From the NCBI GenBank assembly GCA_002269645.1, contig NIVC01000777.1, forward strand, positions 1 to 37,345: a DNA stretch of 37,345 nt, in the 5' to 3' direction. Every line of letters starts with the position of its first letter. Position 1 is the stretch's first letter. The position numbers and the translations under genes are program-made. The notes beneath the pieces were generated by a model that was not told the origin of the DNA, ran no database searches, and saw only the letters and a program-made list of their open reading frames with translations. Origin of the DNA: Macrostomum lignano. Its lineage: Eukaryota. Below, piece by piece: positions 1-9,996 of the stretch.

Positions 1-593
1 TCAAAAGCAGCTTCAGTTCAAATATTTTAATTTAAATAACCAATCAATAATCGGGGCCAACCTCCTCTGGCCTATAATAAACTATGAAAAGTCTGTTATA
101 CTGTTGATTAGAAGAAGCAAAGCACTATATTTCGGTAAAAATGCATATTGTCCGCAAGTTAAAATTGTTCAAAGAGTCTAATGAAAGAAAAAATAAACTG
201 TGTTGGTTAAAAATATTGATAAATATTTCAATAAAACAGTTTTTAAATTTCTTTATTTGACATTTAAAGAAAAGATTAACTCTCTTTGCGCTAGTAAAAT
301 GTTTTCTTTGTTATTTTAATTAGACATTTAATGCCGTATACAACCCCAGGGAAAATTGCACTTACAGCGTGTATGTACGTCGGCCGCAGCTACACAGCAG
401 CCTGAATTCTACTTAATTGAGTTCACTTTCACTTTCACTATGCCCTCTACTACATGTAATGCTAATTTTAGTCAGCAACGTGTATCTATGTAATGTAGTT
501 AATCATAAGGCCTAAAAAGATTTTATAAGCAAAATCAGTAATTTCTAGGACTGTGCATTTAATTCAAATAAATCTAACGCTAGTTTAGTCATA

Positions 594-853
594 GGGCCTT
601 TTCATATTACCAATTCCAGAACCAGAATCGGTTCGGAATTCCAAGAAAAACAGCAGTATAACTATTAAACTCTGTTAATATTTGACTGCCTTAACAGCCT
701 CACTTTGCACGATTTTTCACTTTCTTTTTGGCGATTGTCATTCAATAATAAAAACTTTATAGCACGTATCTCCCTCTAGTTATGGAGACAAAAAGTTATA
801 CCTCACAAATTGGTTCTGGTTCTGGAACCAGAACAAGCAATATGAAAAGGCCC
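594..853. mobile_element. MITE with 15-bp TIRs and 3-bp TSD (PIF/Harbinger-like)
   Basis: GGGCCTTTTCATATT (594-608) and AATATGAAAAGGCCC (839-853) are exact reverse complements. ATA flanks both sides (591-593, 854-856). Subterminal CCAGAACCAGAA / TTCTGGTTCTGG are also inverted. The superfamily is inferred only from the GGGCC end and 3-bp TSD. Confidence 0.7.
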
Positions 854-2896
854 ATAGTGTCTCTGTCTCAAATTGAATAACAACAGTCAACACTCAACAG
901 TTAGATGCCTACAAGTAGTTGGAAATGCCAGTGGGCATGTATATTAATATACTAATAGGCCTACCTTCTAGTGCTATTTTGCTAGACATAGGCCTATTCA
1001 ATATGCTTTTGTTTTGGTTTATTATATTTCAATTAATTTATTGTTGCTATTTTGTATTTAATGTCCACTTATATAAGTTATAATTATATCTTGAGCAAGA
1101 GAAGTTAAAAATGTATAAGCCTATAATTAATGCAATTAATTATAAGCCATGACTTTAGAAGTTAGGCCCCTACTTGAATTCAATGACAATCAAATTTAAA
1201 TTTTAGTTAAGTTTTCTTTGTAAAATTTGTTTATTAGGCCTAGGCCTACTATTATACATAGGCCTAACTATATTTAAGTGGGTAGGTAGGTAGGCATGGC
1301 AGCCAGAAAGACTATCCCTTCCCTTTATGGCTACTTGGCTGGCAATGATGCCAATGTCAATGATAGGGCCAGATAGGCCTATTACCCCCTTTCCTTTGGG
1401 TTAATAGTCCCATCCCATGGTCCTACAAATTATTATCAATTTTCTAAACTATAATACTTAGAATCTATAGACAATGATTAAATCCAAAACAGAAAATAGA
1501 AAAGTGCTAGAAGTTGCTTAACTAACTTAAAAAGGCCTAAGCTTAGGTCTTTATCAAAAAAGGTTTGCCCTCAATTTGTTTAGTATAGTACCTATGCATA
1601 TGTATTCCCCTGATTTACATTGGCTGTGCAACTTACTTTTTCACCAAAAAATGCAACTTACTTATGAAAGAAACCCTAAAACAAAATTAACACAATTTTG
1701 GATAAATAGTAAGAGTAGCTGATTGTCTTATTAAGGCTAAATGGCTCATTCCATATAAGCACAGTTGTAACATGACAGGCTATTTTTACTTATAAAATGA
1801 AAAATAATAATAGAATATACTAAACCAATATTTTAAATGAAAGATAATTTTGTCAAGAATATTTTTATAGTCTAGAGTTTCATGTAGATATCATCATTAG
1901 TATAGATGCTATTAAACCTTGAATGGCACTTATAGTCGTAACAACAGGATTTTTGACATATAGAAACTAAAAGGTAAAAGTCTTATAACATTTTTTGTTT
2001 TTAATATTTTGCAATACATTTTTTTTAAATTTGACTAAGAATATCTTCAGTAATAATCATACTCTTTTTGTAGAATATATAAACTCAAAAAGGCAACAAA
2101 GATACAAAAGAAAAGGCAGCCTTATGGTCGTAACATTATGGTTGTAACATATTTTTTGCTGTCAATTCAATAACTTTGAGGTACTAATATATTAAAAATA
2201 TAATAGAATATTTGGTCACCAATGCTTTTATCTGATGATGCAAGTACTATACTTTTATCTATAGTTTGTTTCAACCTTCCAAAGCTTTCTATTTGTTTTT
2301 AAAAGGTACACAAACTTAATAATGTCTTTTGCTTAGAAAAATGTCCAAATTTTTACAAAATGACTTTTTGCGACTTGATAACATACTAATCCAACATTTT
2401 ATCATTAATTCATTTATTCTTAGATTGTAGATATTACATATAAAAAACATTTGGTAAAAAATTGGCTGATTAGGCAATGGCAAGCAAAAATATTGACTTT
2501 TTTCTATTTTCCAAAAATGTTTATCTTATATAGAATGAGCCAAATGGCTTATTATCTAATTTGTAGGCCTACTATATCTGTATTTAGGGTGGCCATTTTT
2601 GCAACTTATCTTATTTCCTAGTTAACCATAATTTATAGTGGCCAGGTTAGCCAACAGTTGTGCATATATGATAGTACCTTTCTAATATATTTATAGTGTT
2701 CTAGTTTATTTTAGTATCTAGTATATATTATAGGGCCCTCCAATGTATAATATAGTTATAGTGCCCCTACTCTTATGGTTAAGATTTATCCCCTTATTTT
2801 GTGCCAATGAAAAAAATAAAAAGGGTAGATAAATAATAAATGTAATAGAATGTTTATGATATAAAAAATATAAATGGGATACATTTCTAGAGTAAA

Positions 2897-3170
2897 GGGA
2901 TTGGTGGTTTGATTCCTAATTCCACTGAAGCAAATTGTATCCTTGAGCAAGACATTTAAGTTTGCATTGCTTTATTTATCAGTTCACCTAGCTGTAGAAT
3001 AGAATGGGTGCCAGAATTAGCTAAGGTATTGAGAATGTGTGGCAACCCTCAGTCCTTTGACTGAGCAGCCAAATGCAGTCTTCAGATGCATTGTGCAATA
3101 GCTGTATACCTGAGCTGTTTGTTGCACATTTGCCCATTAAGGCAAGTGTAATCAATTATTGTTATTATTA
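2897..3170 (+). mobile_element. Degenerate CORE-type SINE copy
   Basis: Aligns by eye along its length with 28951-29232: TCCTTGAGCAAGACA, CAGTTCACC.AGCTGTA, AATGGGTGCCAG, GTTGCACA, GGCA.GTGTAATCAATTATT and an (ATT)n tail. Degraded B box GGTTTGATTCC at 2906-2916. Confidence 0.75.
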
Positions 3171-3480
3171 TAGTATCTCTGCACTTGTTTTAGTAGAAAA
3201 AGTCAATAGAATAGGTAGAATTGCCTAAGTGGTGGTTGTAGAACAATGTTGCCAAATACATTGATTGCACCAGGGTGCCTACAACTCTCTTGCTATTATT
3301 AGTATATTTTTATCATCCTGGTCATGTTTGATTTTCTATACTTTTATTGCAAACATTTCCAGTACCAAGTATATGTACCTATAGAGGGTAGTTAGGCTGC
3401 TGCAGCCTGGCTATTTTTGTATTTGCAGCCAAACAGCACAACAGAAACTGCTCTGATTATTAAAATTGCAATAACTTCAG

Positions 3481-4394
3481 GACTCGAGCCTGGACCCGCA
3501 GTCGCCTGGTGGAGAGAACCGCCCTGTGGGCCAGCACTCCCCCATCCGTGACCAGGACCGCTTCCTGCCCATCGCCAACATATCGAAGATCATGAAGCGG
3601 ACCATCCCGGAGACTGGCAAGATCACCAAGGAGGCCAAAGAGTGCGTGCAGGAGTGCGTCTCCGAGTTCATCTCCTTCATCACCTCGGAGGCCTCCGACC
3701 GGTGCCAGGATGACAAGCGCAAGACTATGAACGGGGAGGACATCCTCACCGCTATGCAGGTGCGGCTGCGGATTTCACTGTGTTGGCTGTGCCGTCTTTT
3801 AAACGCTGCAGTCCATATCAGGGCTTTGGAATCTGGGAACTTGGAACACTCGACAGACGCGACCCTTCGTAGGTTCGGGCTTTGTTTCATAGAAGAGAGG
3901 CCTGACTAGCCAGCACCATCCGTCCCGTAGCAACAAAAGTTTCTGATTTCCGGTCTTCAGTTCAAACCAGCCACTTTCGATCTATTTAGGGATCGAGTCT
4001 GCATTGATTTCTTGAGCATCATCAGCTCAACCTGCTGCAACAATATTTGCTCAAAATTCTTTTATTACTACTAGTTAGCATTTAGCAAGCATAAATCGAT
4101 TTTATCCATGCACTTCAGGCCGTGGGCCTTGACAACTACATTGAGCCGCTGAAGCTCTACCTGCTGAAATACCGCGAGGCCAACAAGCTGGAGGCGGCTA
4201 ATGAGAGAGCTGGCAGCGCTGGCGCTTCCGCCTCGGCTTCCGGTGGCGTCAATCAGGACACGCCGTCCGCTGCCAGCTCTGCTGACGCCAGCGGTGCCGC
4301 TCCTCCGCCTTCCGTTGTTTCGGCGCCGACTGCCGTGACGCTGGCCGGCCTGGAGAATAGCAACGGCCAGGTGGTGTACCGGGTGATCATGTGA
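3481..4394 (+). CDS. NFYB: Nuclear transcription factor Y subunit B (histone-fold), 5'-incomplete; exons 3481-3759 and 4119-4394
   Basis: Translation contains [18 protein letters not shown]...[38 protein letters not shown]|[20 protein letters not shown], the NF-YB core. Phase-0 intron 3760-4118 (GTGCGG...TTCAG). The exon starts after the acceptor TTCAG at 3480 with no ATG before the conserved core. Confidence 0.95.
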
Positions 4395-4750
4395 GCCTGT
4401 TGCCAGGTGGTTGCCGGGTGATCATGAGACCCTGTTGCCAGGTGGTTGCCGGGTGATCATGAGACCCTGTTGCCAGGTGGTTGCCGGGTGATCATGAGAC
4501 CCTGTTGCCAGGTGGTTGCCGGGTGATCATGAGACCCTGTTGCCAGGTGGTTGCCGGGTGATCATGAGACCCTGTTGCCAGGTGGTTGCCGGGTGATCAT
4601 GAGACCCTGTTGCCAGGTGGTTGCCGGGTGATCATCAGACCCTGTTGCCAGGTGGTTGCCGGGTGATCATGAGACCCTGTTGCCAGGTGGTTGCCGTGAT
4701 CATGAGACCCTGCTGCCAGGTGGTTGCCGTGATCATGTGACCCTGTTGCC
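4367..4750 (+). repeat. 35-bp minisatellite, about 11 copies, overlapping the NF-YB stop codon
   Basis: Unit GAGACCCTGTTGCCAGGTGGTTGCCGGGTGATCAT. ATCAT recurs every 35 bp from 4386 to 4666, then at 33 bp. The first copy includes the last codons and the TGA. Confidence 0.95.
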
Positions 4751-5131
4751 TGTTTAATTCTATGCTTATTCTAATGTTTATATTCCCCCATCAAACCTGT
4801 TATGGACAGGGTTGTTTGTACCTGTTATTTATTGTTTTAATCTAATTTGTTATGTCAATAATTTATTATTTGCGTGGTCTGCCAATGTCCAATTGTTTCA
4901 TACTGTTTTGTTTTTTTCTACAAGCAGCTGTATTTTTTTTAATGGCGCATTTAACCGCTTAACCAAATTTTGTAGTCTGCTAAGTCAAATTATTTATGCA
5001 TTTTTTCGGTTCTCAATAACTCTTTACAGTGGCTCAGCTTGCAACTCTTAATAGTTGTATTTGTGCGAAATAAACGACACGAAAATTCAAAATCTACTGT
5101 TTGTGTTCTACTATTAGTAGTTCGATATTAT

Positions 5132-5145
5132 AATAAACATTTATT
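5132..5145. terminator. Back-to-back polyadenylation signals between convergent NF-YB and cyclophilin
   Basis: AATAAA-CA-TTTATT gives one hexamer on each strand. A second plus-strand AATAAA lies at 5069-5074. Confidence 0.45.
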
Positions 5146-5356
5146 CCAGCTGAGAATCTTGTCCCAGTTATTTTTATAATTAATCATTCGACAAGTTTTG
5201 CACTAGAACCGTAACTGTTTTATAATATTAATGTGTTATGTTTGATTCAGTTTCTTATTACTAATAGGCATTCGAGAATGTTCTAAATCGCTGATTATAT
5301 TTAATTGCATTATTAAACACTGAAGATGCTTCATTTAAAGTTCGAAAGTTTTTTGT

Positions 5357-6896
5357 TCACAGCTCAGTCCGCTTCACGTCGTCTGTGCTGTCCAGCTCGC
5401 TCGGCTTCAGCTCGTAGCGCTCCTTGATGCCCACCACGCCGCAGTCCTCAATCATGATGCGCTTGCGCGGCACCGCCGTGTCTGGGTCGGAGGGCACTTC
5501 GCCGACTGTCTTGACCACGTCCTGGTTTGGTTAGGTGGGAAAAGATGGCTGTTTAGTTCGGTTGAACTTGTTACTAAACCGATAATTGCTTGGAATCAAC
5601 AGATTAACAGACGGAGAGGCGACTGCAGTTTGCAGCTTGCAGTTTCGTCGTTTTAGAGTCGTAGTCGTCTAGAATGAGTTCCTATTTCACACGTTTTACC
5701 TGCAACGACTCTGAAAGACGCAAGTGGCTCTGGGACGCTTTTTGTCCTAGTAGGTTCCGTTTTCATGGGGAAGTGTTCTATTTGTGCATTGCAGCGGCAG
5801 TCTTCCGGAAGACTATTTTTGCAATTGAGCGAGAGGACACCAAAAACAAAGAAACGTCTTAAATCATGGATTTTTCGAGTTCGATTCCGCTGAATGTGAA
5901 AGGAGTTAAACGGAGCCGAGATGTTCAACATCTGCTCGTCTGATTTGAAAATCCGACTAATACGAGGTCGAGACCCCGGGGCTTAAAATTCCGATAATCC
6001 TTAAGAAAAGAAACCTTAAACGATCTGGTTTGCTCTGGTGTCTTCAGTGCCCCAATTCTTCCAGATGCACTTACGAATCCCTTGATGACCTTGCCGAACA
6101 CGACGTGCTTATTGTCCAGCCAGCGGGCCTTGGTGAGCAGGATGTAGAACTGGGAACCGTTGGTGTCCGGGCCGTGGTTGGCCATGGCGATCCAGCCGGG
6201 CGACCGGTGGGACAGGATGAAGGGCTCGTCGTTGAATCGCGGACCGTAGATGCTGGTGCCGCCGGTGCCGTCCCCGGTGGTGATGTCGCCCATCTGGACG
6301 ACGAAGTCGGGCACCACGCGGTGCACTGGCGTGTTCTTGTAGTGCAGATTCTCGCCGCGGAACTTGTAGCCCCGGGCAAGCGACACGAAGTTCATTGTGG
6401 TCATCGGCGCGGCCTCGCCGAATACGGCTACGGTGAACCTTCGGGTGCACGGCAAAGGTCAAATTTATTTATTCTTATGCTTATGAGCAGCGTGTTGCAG
6501 TGAAAGGGACTTCTAAACTGAAGTAGCTCGTACGCATCACACGGAAACATTCGTCTCCAGAAGTCCAGTTCTCTTAGCGAGAATTGTGATTACGCTTTGT
6601 AGCTTCTAGAGAGGAAAGACTTCTGAGGAACTCCTTTTCTAAACGGCAGCGAATCCTAACTGAAAGTCCCATAATTTGGAAAGCGATAAATATTTAGAAG
6701 TTCTTTCTCGAATTTCTAATTTAACCTGGGGTACTCACTTTCCAGTGAAGTCTTCGCCGGGGCCGTCCATGTCCTTGACGCGGACCTCGAACCAGACCTC
6801 CTCGGTGACCGTGTAGTTTGAATTCATCGCACTGGCCTGCGAGGCCGCCCACAGGCAGGCGCAGCAGAAGACAGACAGGGCTAGCTGCAGTTTCAT
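5357..6896 (-). CDS. Secretory-pathway cyclophilin (PPIB/PPIC-like peptidyl-prolyl isomerase), 228 aa; exons 6896-6739, 6438-6075, 5521-5357
   Basis: Spliced protein MKLQLALSVFCCACLWAASQASA (signal peptide-like)...VTEEVWFEVRV...HRVVPDFVVQMGD...GGTSIYG.RFNDE...MANHGPDTNGSQFYI...WLDNKHVVFGKVIKGF|DVVK...IMIEDCG...VKRTEL*. Intron phases 2 and 0 keep the frame. Confidence 0.93.
5653..5810 (+). repeat. Dispersed repeat copy A (cyclophilin intron 2)
   Basis: GACGCAAGTGGCTCTGGGACGCTT (5717-5740) matches 20040-20063 at 23/24. Colinear flanking blocks TTAGAGTC, CCTATTT, TTACCTG, CCGTTTT(T)CAT and GTCTTCCG are also shared. Confidence 0.55.
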
Positions 6897-7028
6897 TGCG
6901 ACTGTAGATTCCAGGAAATAGTTGAAGGAAATGCAACTGACTGAGCAAAGTTGAGCTCCTGGTTGGTTTGAAGTGAGCCTCGGCTCGGCTTCGGGCTGCT
7001 TCCTTTTATGCTTTTTCTGTCGGGCTGT

Positions 7029-7454
7029 GCCACGTTTGACACGGCAGCAACCCCAGCCCGCGGACTCGCGGCGCTGATAGGAACCTTCTAGGGTTGAGCA
7101 GTTGCCACGTGGACTGGCTTGTTGAGTCCTAGGGTGATCCGTGGGAGCGGCATCTGCGCGTTCCCCCGTGCCACGTGGCTCCCTGACTGTTCAAGTCGGT
7201 CTGAAAATAAGTTGAAAGTTGCGGAGAAAATTTCCTGCGTCAAGTGCAAGACGAAGTTGACTGGCCTGCCCGCCAGGACGCAAACCGTTTTTTTTGCCAT
7301 GGCATCGAGCGGGCCTGAAACTGCCGCTTTCAGGAAACCCAACACTGTCTTCGCGGCCTACCCCGCTTAAAGAAGAGAAATGCAATACACCGAGGAGCGC
7401 TGTAGACGTGGCGTGGCGCTCCCCTCCATTCTCTCCCCGCTTTGCCGACGTGGC
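7029..7454. promoter_or_regulatory. Cluster of GCCACGT (XBP1/ATF6/CREB3-type) motifs upstream of the cyclophilin
   Basis: GCCACGT at 7029 and 7104, palindromic GCCACGTGGC at 7170-7179, and GACGTGGC at 7405 and 7447. The cluster begins about 130 bp upstream of the ATG. Confidence 0.5.
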
Positions 7455-7699
7455 CAGCAGTGACCGATCGGAGACGTCAGCTGGTACAAAGGGGCCTCGG
7501 GGAAACTGCTGCAAGTGAAAGCGATTTCTTTTACCACTCTTTTTCGCATTTGAATGTGAAACTGTGCTACCAAAATGTATTTGTTAGATTAAACCGAGAA
7601 TTGTTTGGTAATACTTGTGAAGTTGAAACGCATCTTTAAATTGTAATGATACTAAGCCCCACTATGATTGCAAGAATTCACCCAGCACCAAGTGCCGAA

Positions 7700-8149
7700 T
7701 GAAGCATCAGGGTGTGGGGTGACGGTGTGCCTGAAGCATCAGGGTGTGGGGTGACGGTGTGCCTGAAGCATCAGGGTGTGGGGTGACAGTGTGCCTGAAG
7801 CATCAGGGTGTGGGGTGACAGTGTGCCTGAAGCATCAGGGTGTGGGGTGACAGTGTGCCTGAAGCATCAGGGTGTGGGGTGACAGTGTGCCTGAAGCATC
7901 AGGGTGTGTGGTGATAGTGTGCCTGAAGCATCAGGGTGTAGGATGACAGTGTGCCTGAAGCATCAGGGTGTGGGGTGACAGTGTGCCTGAAGCATCAGGG
8001 TGTAGGATGACAGTGTGCCTGAAGCATCAGGGTGTGGGGTGACAGTGTGCCTGAAGCATCAGGGTGTAGGATGACAGTGTGCCTGAAGCATCAGGGTGTG
8101 GGGTGACAGTGTGCCTGAAGCATCAGGGTGTAGGATGACAGTGTGCCTG
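7700..8149. repeat. 32-bp minisatellite, 14 copies
   Basis: Unit GTGTGCCTGAAGCATCAGGGTGTGGGGTGACA. CATCAG recurs every 32 bp from 7705 to 8121. Confidence 0.95.
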
Positions 8150-8436
8150 TGCAGAGGAAAGAAGCTTCAATAACAAAAACAAAAGGCGCACTGAAGCTGT
8201 CAAACAGGCGCCAAACGCAGCGTCATACTGCAGGCAAGGTTTTATGGTCTGTACTCTGCAGCTCTTGAACATGGACTTAAGTTTTTTAATAAACAGAGAT
8301 TCATTTAATCGAAGAAGAGGCTGTCCGCAAAATATAATATTCGCAGTTGTACGTGTTGAGTAAATATAGTTACGACTCGTAAATCGTATGTACATGTAGC
8401 TCAGTGTAAATAGCTCGTATTTATAGTTTGCTCGAA

Positions 8437-9036
8437 TTAAACGCTCCGATAACTGGGGGGAGGCGACTGCAGGGGCATCCGATCGCCAGTATCGACGCGT
8501 CGCGAGCCGAAATCGGCCAGGAAACCCACGCAGAAGCACGTGACGCTGAAATAAACGCACAGGATGATCGTCCGGATTACGGACATAGCCTTGGCGAAGC
8601 TGTACACCTCCTTCTGGCAGAAATTCGCCTCCGTTCTGTTGTTGAACTGCGGCTGCGTTCCGTAGGTCCACACCAGGCCGCAGATGACCCACAGCAGGGC
8701 GAACACCGCCAGCAGGTGGGTCAGCAGCTTCCACAGCCGCCTCGAGCTCAGCGTCTCCGTCGTCCTCTGGATCAGCGGGGTCGAGCTCGAGACCTCCACT
8801 TCCTGCACATGCTGCCGCCGGCTGTCCTCCTGCATCTGCATCGACCGGACGCTGTTAGCCACCGACCTGGAGACTCCCACGATGCCAGCCACCAGCAGGT
8901 AGATGGGGATTCGAACCTGGGCGGGGCAGTTGCGCATGTGAATGCAGCCCATGACAATCTCTGAGATACCGAACACAAATTCCATCAGGGAATGAGTGTT
9001 CAGAGCCAATCTGGTGAAGGCCTCGTCTGCTGTCAT
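8437..9036 (-). CDS. TMEM272-like multi-pass membrane protein, 199 aa, single coding exon
   Basis: Hydrophobic helices with family-like motifs EIVMGCIHMRNCPAQVRIPIYLLVAGIV and LLWVICGLVWTYG...FCQKEVYSFA. The family assignment is from recalled motif resemblance only. Confidence 0.7.
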   Translation of the reverse strand: MTADEAFTRLALNTHSLMEFVFGISEIVMGCIHMRNCPAQVRIPIYLLVAGIVGVSRSVANSVRSMQMQEDSRRQHVQEVEVSSSTPLIQRTTETLSSRRLWKLLTHLLAVFALLWVICGLVWTYGTQPQFNNRTEANFCQKEVYSFAKAMSVIRTIILCVYFSVTCFCVGFLADFGSRRVDTGDRMPLQSPPPSYRSV

Positions 9037-9459
9037 TGCTGTTGACTGCTAAACTGCACACAAGACCGCAAGGCATAAAATGTTTATTAAAGTCTCGCAT
9101 AAGTTTTAAATATTTAAGGCTCATTCACGCTGCAATCAAATGAGAGACCAAATCACACGACTCGTTTGACCACAAAAATTTATAAATTTTTCTGTGATCA
9201 CTTTAAATCTCAACTAACTTAAGAAAATTTTCAAATTCAGCAACAAAATTTAACAACGCAAGGGCCAGTTGATCAACTAAAACGCTGTACATTGGTCGCT
9301 TGCCTCTTACACAGCACCCCAAGTTGCGCAACACACAAAACTCAACTCAAGCCTCTTTATTTTAACAACTCTCCGTCTAGTCTGACTGTCGCTTCAAAAT
9401 TGATTGGTCATCACGCCAGTCAGGTTATTAACTATTTTATTATTTTCCATCACATGAGC

Positions 9460-9996
9460 CAGGGGTCGGCAACTCCGGCCTGCAAAGCCTCTTCATCCGG
9501 CCCTCGCGGTCCTTTTAAACTGCACAATAGCAATCCGGCCCGCTCGATGTTTGTCTCTTCTCAGCGCTATTTTCTCCTCTCTTCTTCTCTCCTCTCTCCT
9601 CTCCTCTCTCCTCTCCTCTCTCCTCTCCTCTCTTCTCTCCTCTCTCCTCTCCTCTCTCCTCTCCTCTCTCCTCTCCTCTCTCCTCTCCTCTCTCCTCTCC
9701 TCTCTTCTCTCCTCTCTCCTCTCCTCTCTCCTCTCCTCTCTCCTCTCCTCTCTCCTCTCCTCTCTCCTCTCCTCTCTCCTCTTCTCTCTTCTTCCTACTC
9801 TCCCTCTCTCTTCTCTTTTCTACTCTCCTAGCCTAATTCATCTTCTCTCCTATCGTCTCCTCTTTGCTCCTTCCCTAACCTCTCCCTTTTCCTATATCCT
9901 TTCTTTTTTATTCCCTCTCATCTCCTTCCTCCGAACCGCAGTCATGCTCAAGGTTCTCTATCTGGCCCTTGGGGTAAAAAAGTTTGCCGACCCCTA
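9460..9996. mobile_element. Non-autonomous hAT-type DNA transposon (MITE)
   Basis: TIRs CAGGGGTCGGCAAC (9460-9473) and GTTTGCCGACCCCTA (9982-9996). 8-bp TSD ACATGAGC / ACATAAGC (7/8). Subterminal GGCC motifs. Confidence 0.85.
9572..9830. repeat. Pure C/T low-complexity tract (about 12-bp CTCCTCTCTCCT period) inside the hAT MITE
   Basis: Near-uninterrupted polypyrimidine run. It produces the spurious LLSP and SSLL ORFs. Confidence 0.9.

Noticed and set aside
2586-2660. TAGGGTGGCCA as a hAT terminal repeat
   Set aside because: No matching opposite TIR or TSD was found.
4367-8149. 32-35-bp tandem units (also the 34-bp array at 25167-25792) as CRISPR arrays
   Set aside because: The units are head-to-tail with no unique spacers, there are no cas genes, and the context is a spliced eukaryotic locus.
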